Assembly: GCA_963798485.1 (NCBI GenBank)
Contig: CAWCTR010000008.1
Span: forward strand, 160,001 to 224,000
DNA: 64,000 nt
Origin: an uncultured delta proteobacterium
Lineage (GTDB): Bacteria; Desulfobacterota; Desulfomonilia; UBA1062
Direction of reading: 5' to 3'
Part shown: positions 20,759 through 30,400 of the stretch, in pieces
How the letters are laid out: the number at the start of each line of letters is the position of its first letter
Numbering within the stretch: the stretch's first letter is position 1
Made by a program: the position numbers and the translations under genes
Notes under the pieces: model-generated
Databases searched by the model: none
Told to the model about the DNA's origin: nothing
The model's input: only the letters and a program-made list of their open reading frames with translations

Positions 20759-20900
20759 AGATTATAACACATTATAATCATATCTAAAAAACTCTATAAC
20801 GGGGGGTCGATTCCCCCCGCCTCCACCACTTGTACAGATTATAACACTTTATAATCACTATCTAAAAAACTCTATAACGGGGGTTCGATTCCCCCCGCCT
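20759..20900 (+). mobile_element. Tandem 77-bp-period duplication, each copy ending in a tmRNA (ssrA) 3'-end fragment; att-like island boundary
   Basis: ACGGGGGGTCGATTCCCCCCGCCTCCACCA (20799-20828) and ACGGGGGTTCGATTCCCCCCGCCT (20877-20900): T-arm, acceptor strand and CCA with no 5' half of the RNA. Confidence 0.75.
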
Positions 20901-21045
20901 TCTCGATGCATCCTGATATACCCTTGGTGTGCCTGAAGAATGCAACTCCGGAGAGCGCGGGGTACTTGGCCTGGCACTCTCGCCACTCGGCTATGTGGTC
21001 TGGGTGTAGCCGGATCATCTTGAACTCGTTTTTCTGGTTCATCAT
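20901..21045 (-). pseudogene. Possible tyrosine integrase internal fragment
   Basis: Minus strand QKNEFKMIRLHPDHIAEWRECQAKYPALSGVAFFRHTKGISGC, reminiscent of deltaproteobacterial phage integrases; abuts the att-like repeat. Confidence 0.4.
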
Positions 21046-21102
21046 CGCACTTTTTTTGCAGATCTAACGTATAGCCAGTTTGGAGCATGCCAATGCTTCC
21101 TT

Positions 21103-22392
21103 CTAAAGTGTTCCCATGGAGGCACGCAAGGCTGCCATGGCCCTGGCATGATCAACTCGCGCCATTATGTAGTTGTTTTTCGCCCTGACAAGAAGAGTTT
21201 GCGCCCTGAGCACATCATCAGTAGTGGCTACCTGAAGGTTGTAACTGTCTTTTTCTATCCTTGCGAATTCTTCTGCCTGGGCAATGGCCTTTTCGGCGAC
21301 CTTTAAACGGGCCTGGGCCTCCTCTATATTGAGGTAAGAGTTTTTGACCTCAAGGGTAACCTGGTTTTTCAGGCTTTCTAAAAGGAACCCTGCCTTGGCG
21401 TTCATATATTGGGACTTGTTGTAATTCCAATAACCCGAGCCTCCGGAAAAAAGATTCCAGGTTAGCCCGATCCCGGCCTTCCATGTGTCATATTTGAGAG
21501 TTGGATCATACCCTGCCTGATTCTCATAGCCATATGTCGCGGCCACACTCGGCATGAATGCAGACTTTGCAATAGTAATCCCCTTGGTGGAATTGTCTAC
21601 CTGGAGCTTCGCTGTTTTGATCTCCTGCCTGTTTTCCATAGCAGTGACAAGTGATTGGTCAAAGGTGATTTCCAGCTTGTTCACGGGTATCTCCGAGTCT
21701 ATGTTCACATCATCAATAAGGTTTCTTTGCAGGAGAATGTTCATGTTCGATTCTGCAATTTTCACTGCATTTTCAGCGGTGATAAGGAGCTCTTCACTCT
21801 CTGCATATTGCACCTGTGCTTCCAACAAGTCGTTTTTTGGAATCATGCCCTCGTTGAAGAAGGCAGAGGCAACATCAAGATGGCTTTTGACGGAAGATAC
21901 ATTACTTTTAGCCACTTCATGTTGCTGTCTGGCCTTGATAACCCCATAGTAAGCATCAATGGCTATAAGCTTGAGGTCACGGATGTACTTCTCCCTCTCG
22001 ATCTCGGCAGAGAACTGGTCGTTCTTTGCAATGAGGTAGCTGTTGTACAAGGCCCCCCCGGCAAAGAGTACCTGCTTGGCCTCGATATCCATATCGTAAT
22101 TTCCCTTCTGGTTGAAGGGGAGCGGGCCTATCGGTGGAGGGAATGGCAATATCTCAAGCTGGCTGAATCTCATATACCCGTATGTGGCGTCCAACGAAGG
22201 GAGCATCTTGGAGAACTGGGACTTTTTGTCCATATCCTTCACGAGAACATCCTGGTCCTGGGCCTTAACGCCGGGGTTGCGCTCAATGACCATCTTAATG
22301 GAATCTTCGAGCGTCATGTAATCGGATGCATACCCGCTGAGTGCCCCCAAGAAGAAAAACCCGATCATGGTTAAAAAGATAATTTTCCTCAC
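21103..22392 (-). CDS. TolC family outer membrane protein
   Basis: Signal peptide; two OEP repeats (FNEGMIPKNDLLEAQV; YNLQVATTDDVLRAQ). Confidence 0.9.
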   Translation of the reverse strand: MRKIIFLTMIGFFFLGALSGYASDYMTLEDSIKMVIERNPGVKAQDQDVLVKDMDKKSQFSKMLPSLDATYGYMRFSQLEILPFPPPIGPLPFNQKGNYDMDIEAKQVLFAGGALYNSYLIAKNDQFSAEIEREKYIRDLKLIAIDAYYGVIKARQQHEVAKSNVSSVKSHLDVASAFFNEGMIPKNDLLEAQVQYAESEELLITAENAVKIAESNMNILLQRNLIDDVNIDSEIPVNKLEITFDQSLVTAMENRQEIKTAKLQVDNSTKGITIAKSAFMPSVAATYGYENQAGYDPTLKYDTWKAGIGLTWNLFSGGSGYWNYNKSQYMNAKAGFLLESLKNQVTLEVKNSYLNIEEAQARLKVAEKAIAQAEEFARIEKDSYNLQVATTDDVLRAQTLLVRAKNNYIMARVDHARAMAALRASMGTL

Positions 22393-22799
22393 GGTAATAA
22401 CCTCCCTAGAAATTCGTCCAAAATGCCTGCAGTGAATTCTGCCGGTGCCTTTTCCGGTATGCCCAGGAAGTAGGTCTGGGCAATGGTAATGGTATGGATG
22501 ATCCCGAGCAGCATCATGGATTTCAGCTCTGGATCGAAGCGTTCACCCTTCCAGGACTTCTTTTTTACCAGAAGATTCTTGAGTGAGCTCATGAACTCGT
22601 CGAGCTCCTGTTTGATCACCTCGACAAAGAGGCTCTGCTTGCTAGGAAAAAATTGGTAGAGTGTCCCGACTCCGAACTCGGCCTTTGCGGCTATTTGGGC
22701 CATGGTGGTATTGAAAAAACCTTCCTTTTCAAAGACGACACGTGCTGCATCGAAGATGGTATCTTTTTTTAGAGCCAGTTCCCTTTCTTTCCTGGACAT
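22389..22799 (-). CDS. TetR family regulator, short (probable internal deletion)
   Basis: MSRKERE...TTMAQIAAKAEFGVGTLYQFFPSK; only ~136 aa. Confidence 0.75.
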   Translation of the reverse strand: MSRKERELALKKDTIFDAARVVFEKEGFFNTTMAQIAAKAEFGVGTLYQFFPSKQSLFVEVIKQELDEFMSSLKNLLVKKKSWKGERFDPELKSMMLLGIIHTITIAQTYFLGIPEKAPAEFTAGILDEFLGRLLP

Positions 22800-23044
22800 G
22801 GCCTGGGAATCTTTATTCAGATTGTGAACCATTATTCGCAAGTAAAACAATGATCTCTACTAGTCAAGTACCTTATATCCGTTAATTTCGTTGGGTGCCA
22901 TACCCAGAGCCGGCCTGATTTCATCATAGATTATATTATCAGACTTCCGTCACTTTCACCCCGAAACGATCCAGATGGTGCCACTATCGGAGCTCGTACT
23001 CTTTATTAGTCTTTTTCAATCTCCGACCAGACCGAAGCCCGGTG

Positions 23045-24349
23045 CTAATCCCAAGAAACGGAATAGACTTGGGCATCATGAGTGCCTCCGCCCGCCAGGT
23101 CGGTGCGGGCGGTGCCGGTCCAGTAGCAGGGTATGTCCTTCGTGCCGTCAGAGTAGCTCCCGGCCGTGTAGACCTTGCCGCCGGACACGGCTATTGAACT
23201 GGCATGGGCGTTATACGTCCCGTCGCCCGCCAGGTCGGTGCGGGTAGTGCCGGTCCAGTAGCAGGGGATGTCCTTCGTGCCGTCAGAGTAGTACCCTGCA
23301 GTATATACCGTGCCGCCGGATACGGCTATTGAATCGGCATAGCCGGCGTACGTGCTGCCGCCAGCAAGATCGGTGCGGGTAGTGCCGGTCCAGTAGCAAG
23401 GTCTGTCCTTCGCGCCGTCATTGTAGTACCCGGCCGTGTAGACCGTGCCGCCGGACACGGCTATTGAAAAGGGATAGCCGTCATACGTGCCGTCTCCCGG
23501 CAGATCGGTGCGGGTGGTGCCTGTCCAGTAGCAGGGTATGTCCTCCGTGCCGTCTGAGTAGCTCCCGGCCGTGTAGACCGTGCCGCCGGATACGGCTATT
23601 GAACTGGCATGGGCGCTATCTGTGCCGTCTCCCGGCAGATCGGTGCGGGTGGTGCCTGTCCAGTAGCAGGGTATGTCCTTCGCGCCGTCAGAGTAGTACC
23701 CTGCAGTATATACCGTGCCGCCGGACACGGTTATTGAATTGGCATAGCCGCCATACGTACCGTCTCCCGGTAGATCGGTGCGGATGGCGCCGGTCCAGTA
23801 GCAGGGTATGTGCTTCGTGCCATCAGAGTAGTATCCTGCCGTATAGACCGTATTGCTTGACACGTCTATTGAAGAGGCATAGGCGTCATGAATGCCGTCT
23901 CCCGGCAGATCGGTGCGGGCGGTGCCGGTCCAGTAGCAGGCTATGTCCTTCGTGCCGTCATTGTAGTACCCGGCAAATGCGGGTAAACTTACAGGTACGG
24001 TGAAGGTGGTTGAAGACGTTGCACTGTTACCCGTCACGCTGACTGTTATCGGCCCGGTTGTCGCGCCCTCAGGGACGGTAGTGACGATCTGGGTTGATGT
24101 GCAATTGGATACAACGGCGGCTGTCCCGTTAAAACTCACGGTATTGTTAGTCCAGGCTGTGCTGAAGTTTGTTCCCGTGATGGTTACGGTGTCGCCGACT
24201 TGACCACTCGTAGGCGTAAAGCTGGTGATCGTGAGGGATGATCCCGTCGTAGCACTGCCGCCACCATCTCCTCCACAACCAACAAAGAGTGAAATGATAG
24301 AAAGGACTACAACGAATCGAAAAACACCCGAGATCCTTACGTAGCACAT
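23045..24349 (-). CDS. Lipoprotein with IPT/TIG domain and seven 45-aa beta-propeller-like repeats
   Basis: Lipobox LFVGC; ITSFTPTSG...VTITGTNF...VPEGATTGPITV (IPT); repeats AGYYSDGTKDIPCYWTGTTRTDL...SIAVSGGTVYT. Confidence 0.88.
   Translation of the reverse strand: MCYVRISGVFRFVVVLSIISLFVGCGGDGGGSATTGSSLTITSFTPTSGQVGDTVTITGTNFSTAWTNNTVSFNGTAAVVSNCTSTQIVTTVPEGATTGPITVSVTGNSATSSTTFTVPVSLPAFAGYYNDGTKDIACYWTGTARTDLPGDGIHDAYASSIDVSSNTVYTAGYYSDGTKHIPCYWTGAIRTDLPGDGTYGGYANSITVSGGTVYTAGYYSDGAKDIPCYWTGTTRTDLPGDGTDSAHASSIAVSGGTVYTAGSYSDGTEDIPCYWTGTTRTDLPGDGTYDGYPFSIAVSGGTVYTAGYYNDGAKDRPCYWTGTTRTDLAGGSTYAGYADSIAVSGGTVYTAGYYSDGTKDIPCYWTGTTRTDLAGDGTYNAHASSIAVSGGKVYTAGSYSDGTKDIPCYWTGTARTDLAGGGTHDAQVYSVSWD
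23054..23973 (-). repeat. Seven tandem 135-bp coding repeats
   Basis: Marker CAGTAGCA recurs at 23121, 23256, 23391, 23526, 23661, 23796 and 23931. Confidence 0.95.
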
Positions 24350-24454
24350 AGAAATGCTCCTCTTGTAGAAATTTGGCACATCATCCGTGGGAGAGTCAAC
24401 CAGGTAATGGGCTACACCTGCGGATACGTTGATCCAGGTATCGACCGCTTAAGA

Positions 24455-25075
24455 CTACTGAACCGTCACGATAACCGAGTCTTGCGCTGTTTCTTCACTG
24501 CCGTCGGTCGCAGTGAGCGTCACTGTATAAGTACCGGCAGTGCTGAATATTATTGAGCCTGGATTCTGTGCGGTGCTGTTTGTTGCACCACCATCAAAGT
24601 CCCACTGATAGATGTATGGGCTTGTCCCACTAAACACCGTACCCTGGAAATTCACCGACTGTCCAGCAGAAATCGTTACATTCCCGAGGGGTGAGGTTAT
24701 GCTTACTGTATATGCCGTAGAAGGCTGAACGATCACGATAACCGAGGCTTGCGCTGTTTCTCCATCGCTGTCGGTCACCGTGAGAGTCACCGTATAAGTT
24801 CCGGCAGTGCTGCTGAATACTATTGAGCCAGGATTCTGCACGGTGCTGTTGGTCGCCCCTCCGTCAAAGTCCCACTGGAAGGTATACGGGCTTGTGCCAT
24901 TGGATACCGAGCATTCGAAATCCACCGGCTGTCCCGCAGAAATCGTTTTATTTCCTGAGAGTGAGGTTATATTCACTGTTAGGTTATCCTGCACGCTCCC
25001 GCACCCTGTAATAAGCATTACGGTGGAGAAAATACCGATTGCCCGTGTGATCATTGATAGTCTTGCTTTATCCAT
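24455..25075 (-). CDS. Lipoprotein with two tandem PKD domains
   Basis: Lipobox ITGC; two copies of GTSPY..QWDFDGGATNST.QNPGSI.FS.AGTYTVTLT.TD. Confidence 0.88.
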   Translation of the reverse strand: MDKARLSMITRAIGIFSTVMLITGCGSVQDNLTVNITSLSGNKTISAGQPVDFECSVSNGTSPYTFQWDFDGGATNSTVQNPGSIVFSSTAGTYTVTLTVTDSDGETAQASVIVIVQPSTAYTVSITSPLGNVTISAGQSVNFQGTVFSGTSPYIYQWDFDGGATNSTAQNPGSIIFSTAGTYTVTLTATDGSEETAQDSVIVTVQ

Positions 25076-25238
25076 TGATTATACCCCATAGGTACAAAAC
25101 AGTTTTCATATCTTAATATTATAAGATCATCAATACCAGAAATAAACCCTGTGTCGATGGAATATTTCATGGTTTCTCGCTATAAAGATCTTATTCATCA
25201 ACGATGTTAACGACATGTTAACGGCAAGAGGTTATCTC

Positions 25239-25760
25239 TTAGAGTTCCTTAGGCTCATGACGGAATTCTTTACCCTGGTGCGAATGCCGTTTTCCCCTCA
25301 TCTCATGAAACGTGGTCATAAGCCGGTGAAAACGATCCGGGCCAAGGATCTTTCTCATACCAAGCATATATTTGATACGCTCGTTCGAGATCTTCAGCCT
25401 GTCCTCTTCGACCACCTTGTTCTGGGCAAGCATGGATGTCTCATCAGCCGTATCCTTTTCAAGCATATCATGCAGCTTGAAGCGGGCTTTCATGAGAGAG
25501 CTCTTGAGATCGATAAGCGTATTACGGTTCTTTACGAACAGATCATCCAACGACTGCTTCTCTCCGGCAGTGATACCGAGATCCTTGGACAGCTCTTGAG
25601 ACTGCCACCACTTGAAATAGTGCATGCCTTGGTGCATACCGCAATGCATATCCTTTGCTTGGGCTTGTACTGCTCCGAAAAGAATGAATCCTGCCGAACA
25701 TATTAAAGCCATCATGAACAAAGACGTTTTCATAGAATTCTTTCCCTGCAATTCTTTCAT
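25239..25760 (-). CDS. Spy/CpxP-like periplasmic protein
   Basis: Signal peptide AQA; His/Met-rich start; KWWQ...LGITAGEK; RKILGPDRF. Confidence 0.75.
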   Translation of the reverse strand: MKELQGKNSMKTSLFMMALICSAGFILFGAVQAQAKDMHCGMHQGMHYFKWWQSQELSKDLGITAGEKQSLDDLFVKNRNTLIDLKSSLMKARFKLHDMLEKDTADETSMLAQNKVVEEDRLKISNERIKYMLGMRKILGPDRFHRLMTTFHEMRGKRHSHQGKEFRHEPKEL

Positions 25761-25934
25761 AGTGCCTCCTGTGTTTTTCTCTATAGCCGTTTAAGACGTG
25801 TGAGATATCCGAAATGTCTACATAAGGAGAATTTAGAGATTTGCCGGGTTATGAGGGGCCAAGCCTGACACTCTTGTCCGGCCAGCCCCATCGGGGCCGA
25901 TTATCAACAGCGAATCCTTATTTATTTTATCTCT

Positions 25935-26133
25935 TCAAGCCTTTGTATTGATAATGCTCCCGAAAGTATTTGTAGAGGAACTTCCGTTACTCCCAGTACT
26001 TGCCGTAGCATTTTGCTGAGAACGATGGTGGTGGTGATGGACGTGCCCTGTATTTTGTGCATCCTGAGCACTTTGCACAACCTGTTGTTGATAATAGTTG
26101 TCGCTCGATGAGATTCCTGAGACGGTTAATCAT
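25935..26133 (-). CDS. Small His-rich hypothetical protein (~65 aa, one-base frameshift near start)
   Basis: MI(fs)TVSGISSSDNYYQQQVVQSAQDAQNTGHVHHHHHRSQQNATASTGSNGSSSTNTFGSIINTKA*; not in the ORF track. Confidence 0.45.
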
Positions 26134-26299
26134 CTTGGGATGAATCGATCTTTTGATGTATAGACTTTATCTGAAACTCTATGGGGAAGGTTGGCTGTGC
26201 TTGAGGATGGAATTAGTCGTTGGGTTGCCGGATTATGGCATGGTACGCCACTCGCATATAGAATACTCTGTGTTACCATTTAAGGAGGAACGAGGTGTC

Positions 26300-26554
26300 A
26301 TGAACCAAGATATCGATAATCTCAAATTCTGGCGGGATCATATGGAAGCTGCGGAGACTAATATGAAGGCTACATTAAGGATGATTGATTCAATACTGGA
26401 GATTGTCGAGTCTCCACAGAATATCAAGTCAAGTCCAGAGCTCTGCAATGATGTTAGGGCCTTGGCGGGCCGTATCCGCTCATCCTTATCAGAACGACTG
26501 ATAGCCTTGGAGGACTTATTGGGATTTCTGAAGGAATATGAAATGAAGAAATAA
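26300..26554 (+). CDS. Hypothetical helical protein (84 aa)
   Basis: RBS-like AGGAGG and GAGG before ATG 26300; MNQDIDNLKFW... Confidence 0.65.
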   Translation: MNQDIDNLKFWRDHMEAAETNMKATLRMIDSILEIVESPQNIKSSPELCNDVRALAGRIRSSLSERLIALEDLLGFLKEYEMKK

Positions 26555-26675
26555 GCGGAGGAAGTATACCCCGGTAAACAGATTCTGTCCTTTATGTAGG
26601 TTTTGAGATGTCCCAAAACCGATGATAAGTGATCTATAGTTTTATTCTGATATCCCATAAGAAATTAAAGTGAGA

Positions 26676-26793
26676 TGTCGGGATATTTTACAGCAGGAAA
26701 TAGCATACAACTATATAATATATTGAGTTAAAATTAACATAAATTACATTTTCGTTACATTCGTACGGCTGATAACTGTCGGAATACTTTACA
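26676..26793 (+). promoter_or_regulatory. Two 17-bp enhancer-like sites (putative PrsR-type activator boxes)
   Basis: TGTCGGGATATTTTACA (26676-26692) and TGTCGGAATACTTTACA (26777-26793), 15/17 identical, TGT-N11-ACA geometry, upstream of a sigma54 promoter. Confidence 0.7.
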
Positions 26794-26856
26794 ACCATCC
26801 TGGTATTTCGATTGAATGGAATAATATCTTCAAATAATAACAATTGGTTATAAATA

Positions 26857-26872
26857 TGGCACAAATATTGCT
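26857..26872 (+). promoter_or_regulatory. Sigma54 (-24/-12) promoter
   Basis: TGGCAC-AAATA-TTGCT matches the TGGCAC-N5-TTGCW consensus; IHF-like TAACAATTGGTTA just upstream. Confidence 0.85.
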
Positions 26873-26977
26873 GCGGTCTTTTACTGAGAATTCATTTTTG
26901 GTTGGATTATGGGATATTTATGAGGGCACGTAACCTTTCAATAAATCCTTTAAATAAATTTTAGAAAGAGGGCATGC

Positions 26978-27427
26978 ATGAAAAACGCAAGAGTTGCTGT
27001 ACTGTGGTTGATTTTTCTTGGTTTTTTTATTTTAGTCGGTTGCGATAAGTCTCAGAATCCTGAAAATACAAGTACTGAGAAGCTTGACTTTAAAACCCCG
27101 TATCAGGTGGTTTTTCTTGACAATAACAATGCTTACATCGGGAAAACAGAGCAAACCGGCAAAGATTTCGTTCGCCTCAGTAATGTTTATTACATCCAAT
27201 CCCAGGTGAATCAAGAAACAAAGCAGGTATCAAATACGCTTACAAAACGGGGGAACGAGTTACATAAGCCCGATTTCATGTATATCAACACACGGCATAT
27301 TATAATGATAGAGCCTGTTACGCCTGATTCACAAGTGGCAAAGCTCATCACACAGTCCGAAAACCAAAAACAACCCGAGGCGCAAAAACAACCCGAGACC
27401 CAAAAACAACCAGAGGGCCCAAAATAA
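26978..27427 (+). CDS. Conserved hypothetical lipoprotein (possible Sm-like beta-barrel)
   Basis: Lipobox LVGC; YQVVFLDNNNAYIGK...LSNVYY...KRGNELH.PD.MYIN..HIIMIEPV; three QKQPE repeats at the C-terminus (27365-27415). Confidence 0.8.
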   Translation: MKNARVAVLWLIFLGFFILVGCDKSQNPENTSTEKLDFKTPYQVVFLDNNNAYIGKTEQTGKDFVRLSNVYYIQSQVNQETKQVSNTLTKRGNELHKPDFMYINTRHIIMIEPVTPDSQVAKLITQSENQKQPEAQKQPETQKQPEGPK

Positions 27428-27444
27428 ACCAAGAGGGGTGAAGC

Positions 27445-30400
27445 ATGAAGTTCCAGGGAAGGTCAATTATGAGTCGTATCGTCCAAGGCAAGGGGCTGTG
27501 TTTCGCGTCCTTATGTACGTTTATCTTATTGTCGTGCGGTTCAGCTCTCGCGGCAGACGCCACCTGGAACAACGGAGCCAGCGGCAATTGGTCCACAGGT
27601 ACTTTGGTCATGGTCTCCGTCAGGTTCAAGCTATCCTAACAGCAGCACGACCAATGTCAATATCCTGGACGGCACCAGCACCGTTACGCTTGATACAAAC
27701 GTTTCTGTTGCCAGCCTCGCGCTAGCGAGCGGCAACACGCTGAACTTCACTCCGGGTCGGGTGCTATCTGTGTATGGGCCGCAAATCAATCAATGCCGGC
27801 ACCATCAACATCAACTCCGGCAGCGGCTCAAACACCGCACTTTACATCGCCGGCAACACGACTCTGTCGGGCACCGGCACGCTCAACCTGTCGTATAACG
27901 GGCACCGGGAGCGGAACGGCGTACATCCAGCAGTCGGGCAACCAGACGCTCACAAACCAGAGCACGATCGCGGGCGCCGGTATCATCGGCAATGGCGGTC
28001 TGACGCTCGTCAATGCCGGCACAGTCAATGCCAACGTCAGCGGCCAGACCCTGATCGTGAACCTCGGCAACGTCAACGCGGGCGGCGTCCTCAACAACAC
28101 CGGAGGCACGTTCGAGGCGACCGGCGGCGGCACGCTCGTACTGTCGGGGCAGACGATTACGAACACGACCGGACAGATCACGGCCTCAAGCGGCAGCACA
28201 GTCAACTTGTCGGGGACGACGATCAACGGCGGCACACTGACGGCGGCCTCCGGCGGTACGATGCAGACCGTCGGCAACGCGACTCTGAACGGCGTGACGC
28301 TGAACGGTAACTACCTCAGCGATGTCGGTACGAACACGTTTGTCTCGGGAATCATCACTCAGACCGGCAACCTGCAGCTCAATGCAGGCAACGGCAACAA
28401 CACGAGTCTCTTCATCGCCGGCGCAACGACGCTCACCGGCGGCACCGTCACGATGGCCTACACCGGCGGCAGCGGCACCGCCTTTATCCAGCAGTCGGGT
28501 AACCAGACGCTCACCAACGAAGAGACGATCCAGGGCGCCGGCATCATCGGCAATAACGGTCTGACGCTCGTTAACACCGTAAGCGGCATCATCAATGCCG
28601 ACGTTTCCGGCCTGACGCTGATGATCAACCCCGGCAACGTCAATGACGCGCATGGCCAGCTGCAGAACCAGGGCGTGCTTGAGGCGACGAACGGCGGCAC
28701 CCTGCTACTCCAGAACCAGAACGTCGTTAATACCGGCAACACGATCACCGCTACCGGCGCAGGCAGCGCCCTGCAACTGCAGAGCACGACCATCAACGGC
28801 GGCACGCTGATGGCGGCCTCCGGCGGCACGATGCAGACCATCCAAAATGCGACCCTGAACGGCGTGACGCTGAACGGCAACTACCTCAGCGATCTCGGTA
28901 CGAACACGTTTGTCTCGGGAATCATCACCCAGACCGGCAACCTGCAGCTCAATGCAGGCAACGGCAACAACACGAGTCTCTTCATCGCCGGCGCAACGAC
29001 GCTCACCGGCGGCACCGTCACGCTGGCCTACACCGGCGGCAGCGGAACCGTCTATATCCAGCAGTCGGGTAACCAGACGCTCACCAACGCCGAGACGATC
29101 CAGGGCGCCGGCATCATCGGCAATGGCGGTCTGACACTCGTTAACACCGTAAGCGGCATCATCAATGCCGACGTTTCCGGCCTGACGCTGATGATCAACC
29201 CCGGCAACGTCAATGACGCGCATGGCCAGCTGCAGAACCAGGGCGTGCTTGAGGCGACGAACGGCGGCACCCTGCTACTCCAGAACCAGAACGTCGTTAA
29301 TACCGGCAACACGATCACCGCTACCGGCACAGGCAGCGCCCTGCAGCTGCAGAGCACGACGATCAACGGCGGCACGCTGATGGCGGCCTCCGGCGGCACG
29401 ATGCAGACCATCCAAAATGCGACTCTGAACGGCGTGACGCTGAACGGCAACTACATGAGCGATCTCGGCACGAGCACGTATGTCTCGGGGACCATCACCC
29501 AGACCGGCAACCTGCAGCTCAATGCAGGCAACAGCAACAACACGAGTCTCTTCATCGCCGGCGCAACGACGCTCATCGGCGGCACCGTCACGATGGCCTA
29601 CACCGGCGGCAGCGGCACCGTCTATATCCAGCAGTCGGGCGGCAACCAGACGCTCACGAACGCCGAGACGATCCAGGGCGCCGGCATCATCGGCAATAAC
29701 GGTCTGACGCTCGTTAACACCGTAAGCGGCATCATCAATGCCGACGTTTCCGGCCAGACGCTGATGATCAACCCCGGCAACGTCCTCGATGCGCATGGCC
29801 AGCTGCAGAACCAGGGCGTGCTTGAGGCGACGAACGGAGGCACCCTGCTACTCCAGAACCAGAACGTCGTTAATACCGGCAACACGATCACCGCCACCGG
29901 CGCGGGCAGCGTGCTGCTCCTGCAGAGCACGACCATCAACGGCGGCACGCTCGCGACTTCGGGCGGCGGTACGATGCAGACCGTCCGAAATGCGACTCTG
30001 AACGGCGTCACGCTGAACGGCAACTACCTCGCTGACGTCGGCACGACGACGAACCTCACCGGGACGACCAGCCAAACCGGGACCCTGACCATCAACGCCG
30101 GCAGCGGCAACAACACTGTCCTCAACGTCGGTGGCGCCACGACGCTCGCCGGCGGTACCACGACGCTCGCCTTCAATGGCAGCGGCACGGGCGCAGCCAT
30201 CATCCAGCAGTCGGGCGGCAACCAGACGCTCACCAACGAAGAGACGATCCAGGGCACCGGCATCATCGGCAATGGCGGTCTGACGCTCGTCAACACCGCA
30301 AGCGGCACCATCAATGCCGACGTTTCCGGCCAGACGCTGACGATCAACCCCGGCAACGTCCTCGACGCGCATGGCCAGCTGCAGAACCAGGGCGTGCTTG

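Noticed and set aside
20759-20900. CRISPR array or intact tRNA/tmRNA gene
   Set aside because: Only two copies, no unique spacers, no cas genes; only the 3' T-arm/acceptor part of the RNA is present.
23045-24349. Complete DGR cassette
   Set aside because: No reverse transcriptase, accessory gene or non-coding template repeat is recognisable in the window; only the codon pattern is reported.
25792-25822. ECF-sigma-like promoter (TGTAGAC...CGTCTTA) for the Spy/CpxP-like gene
   Set aside because: Plausible, but a single instance with no cognate sigma factor in the window; cannot be supported.
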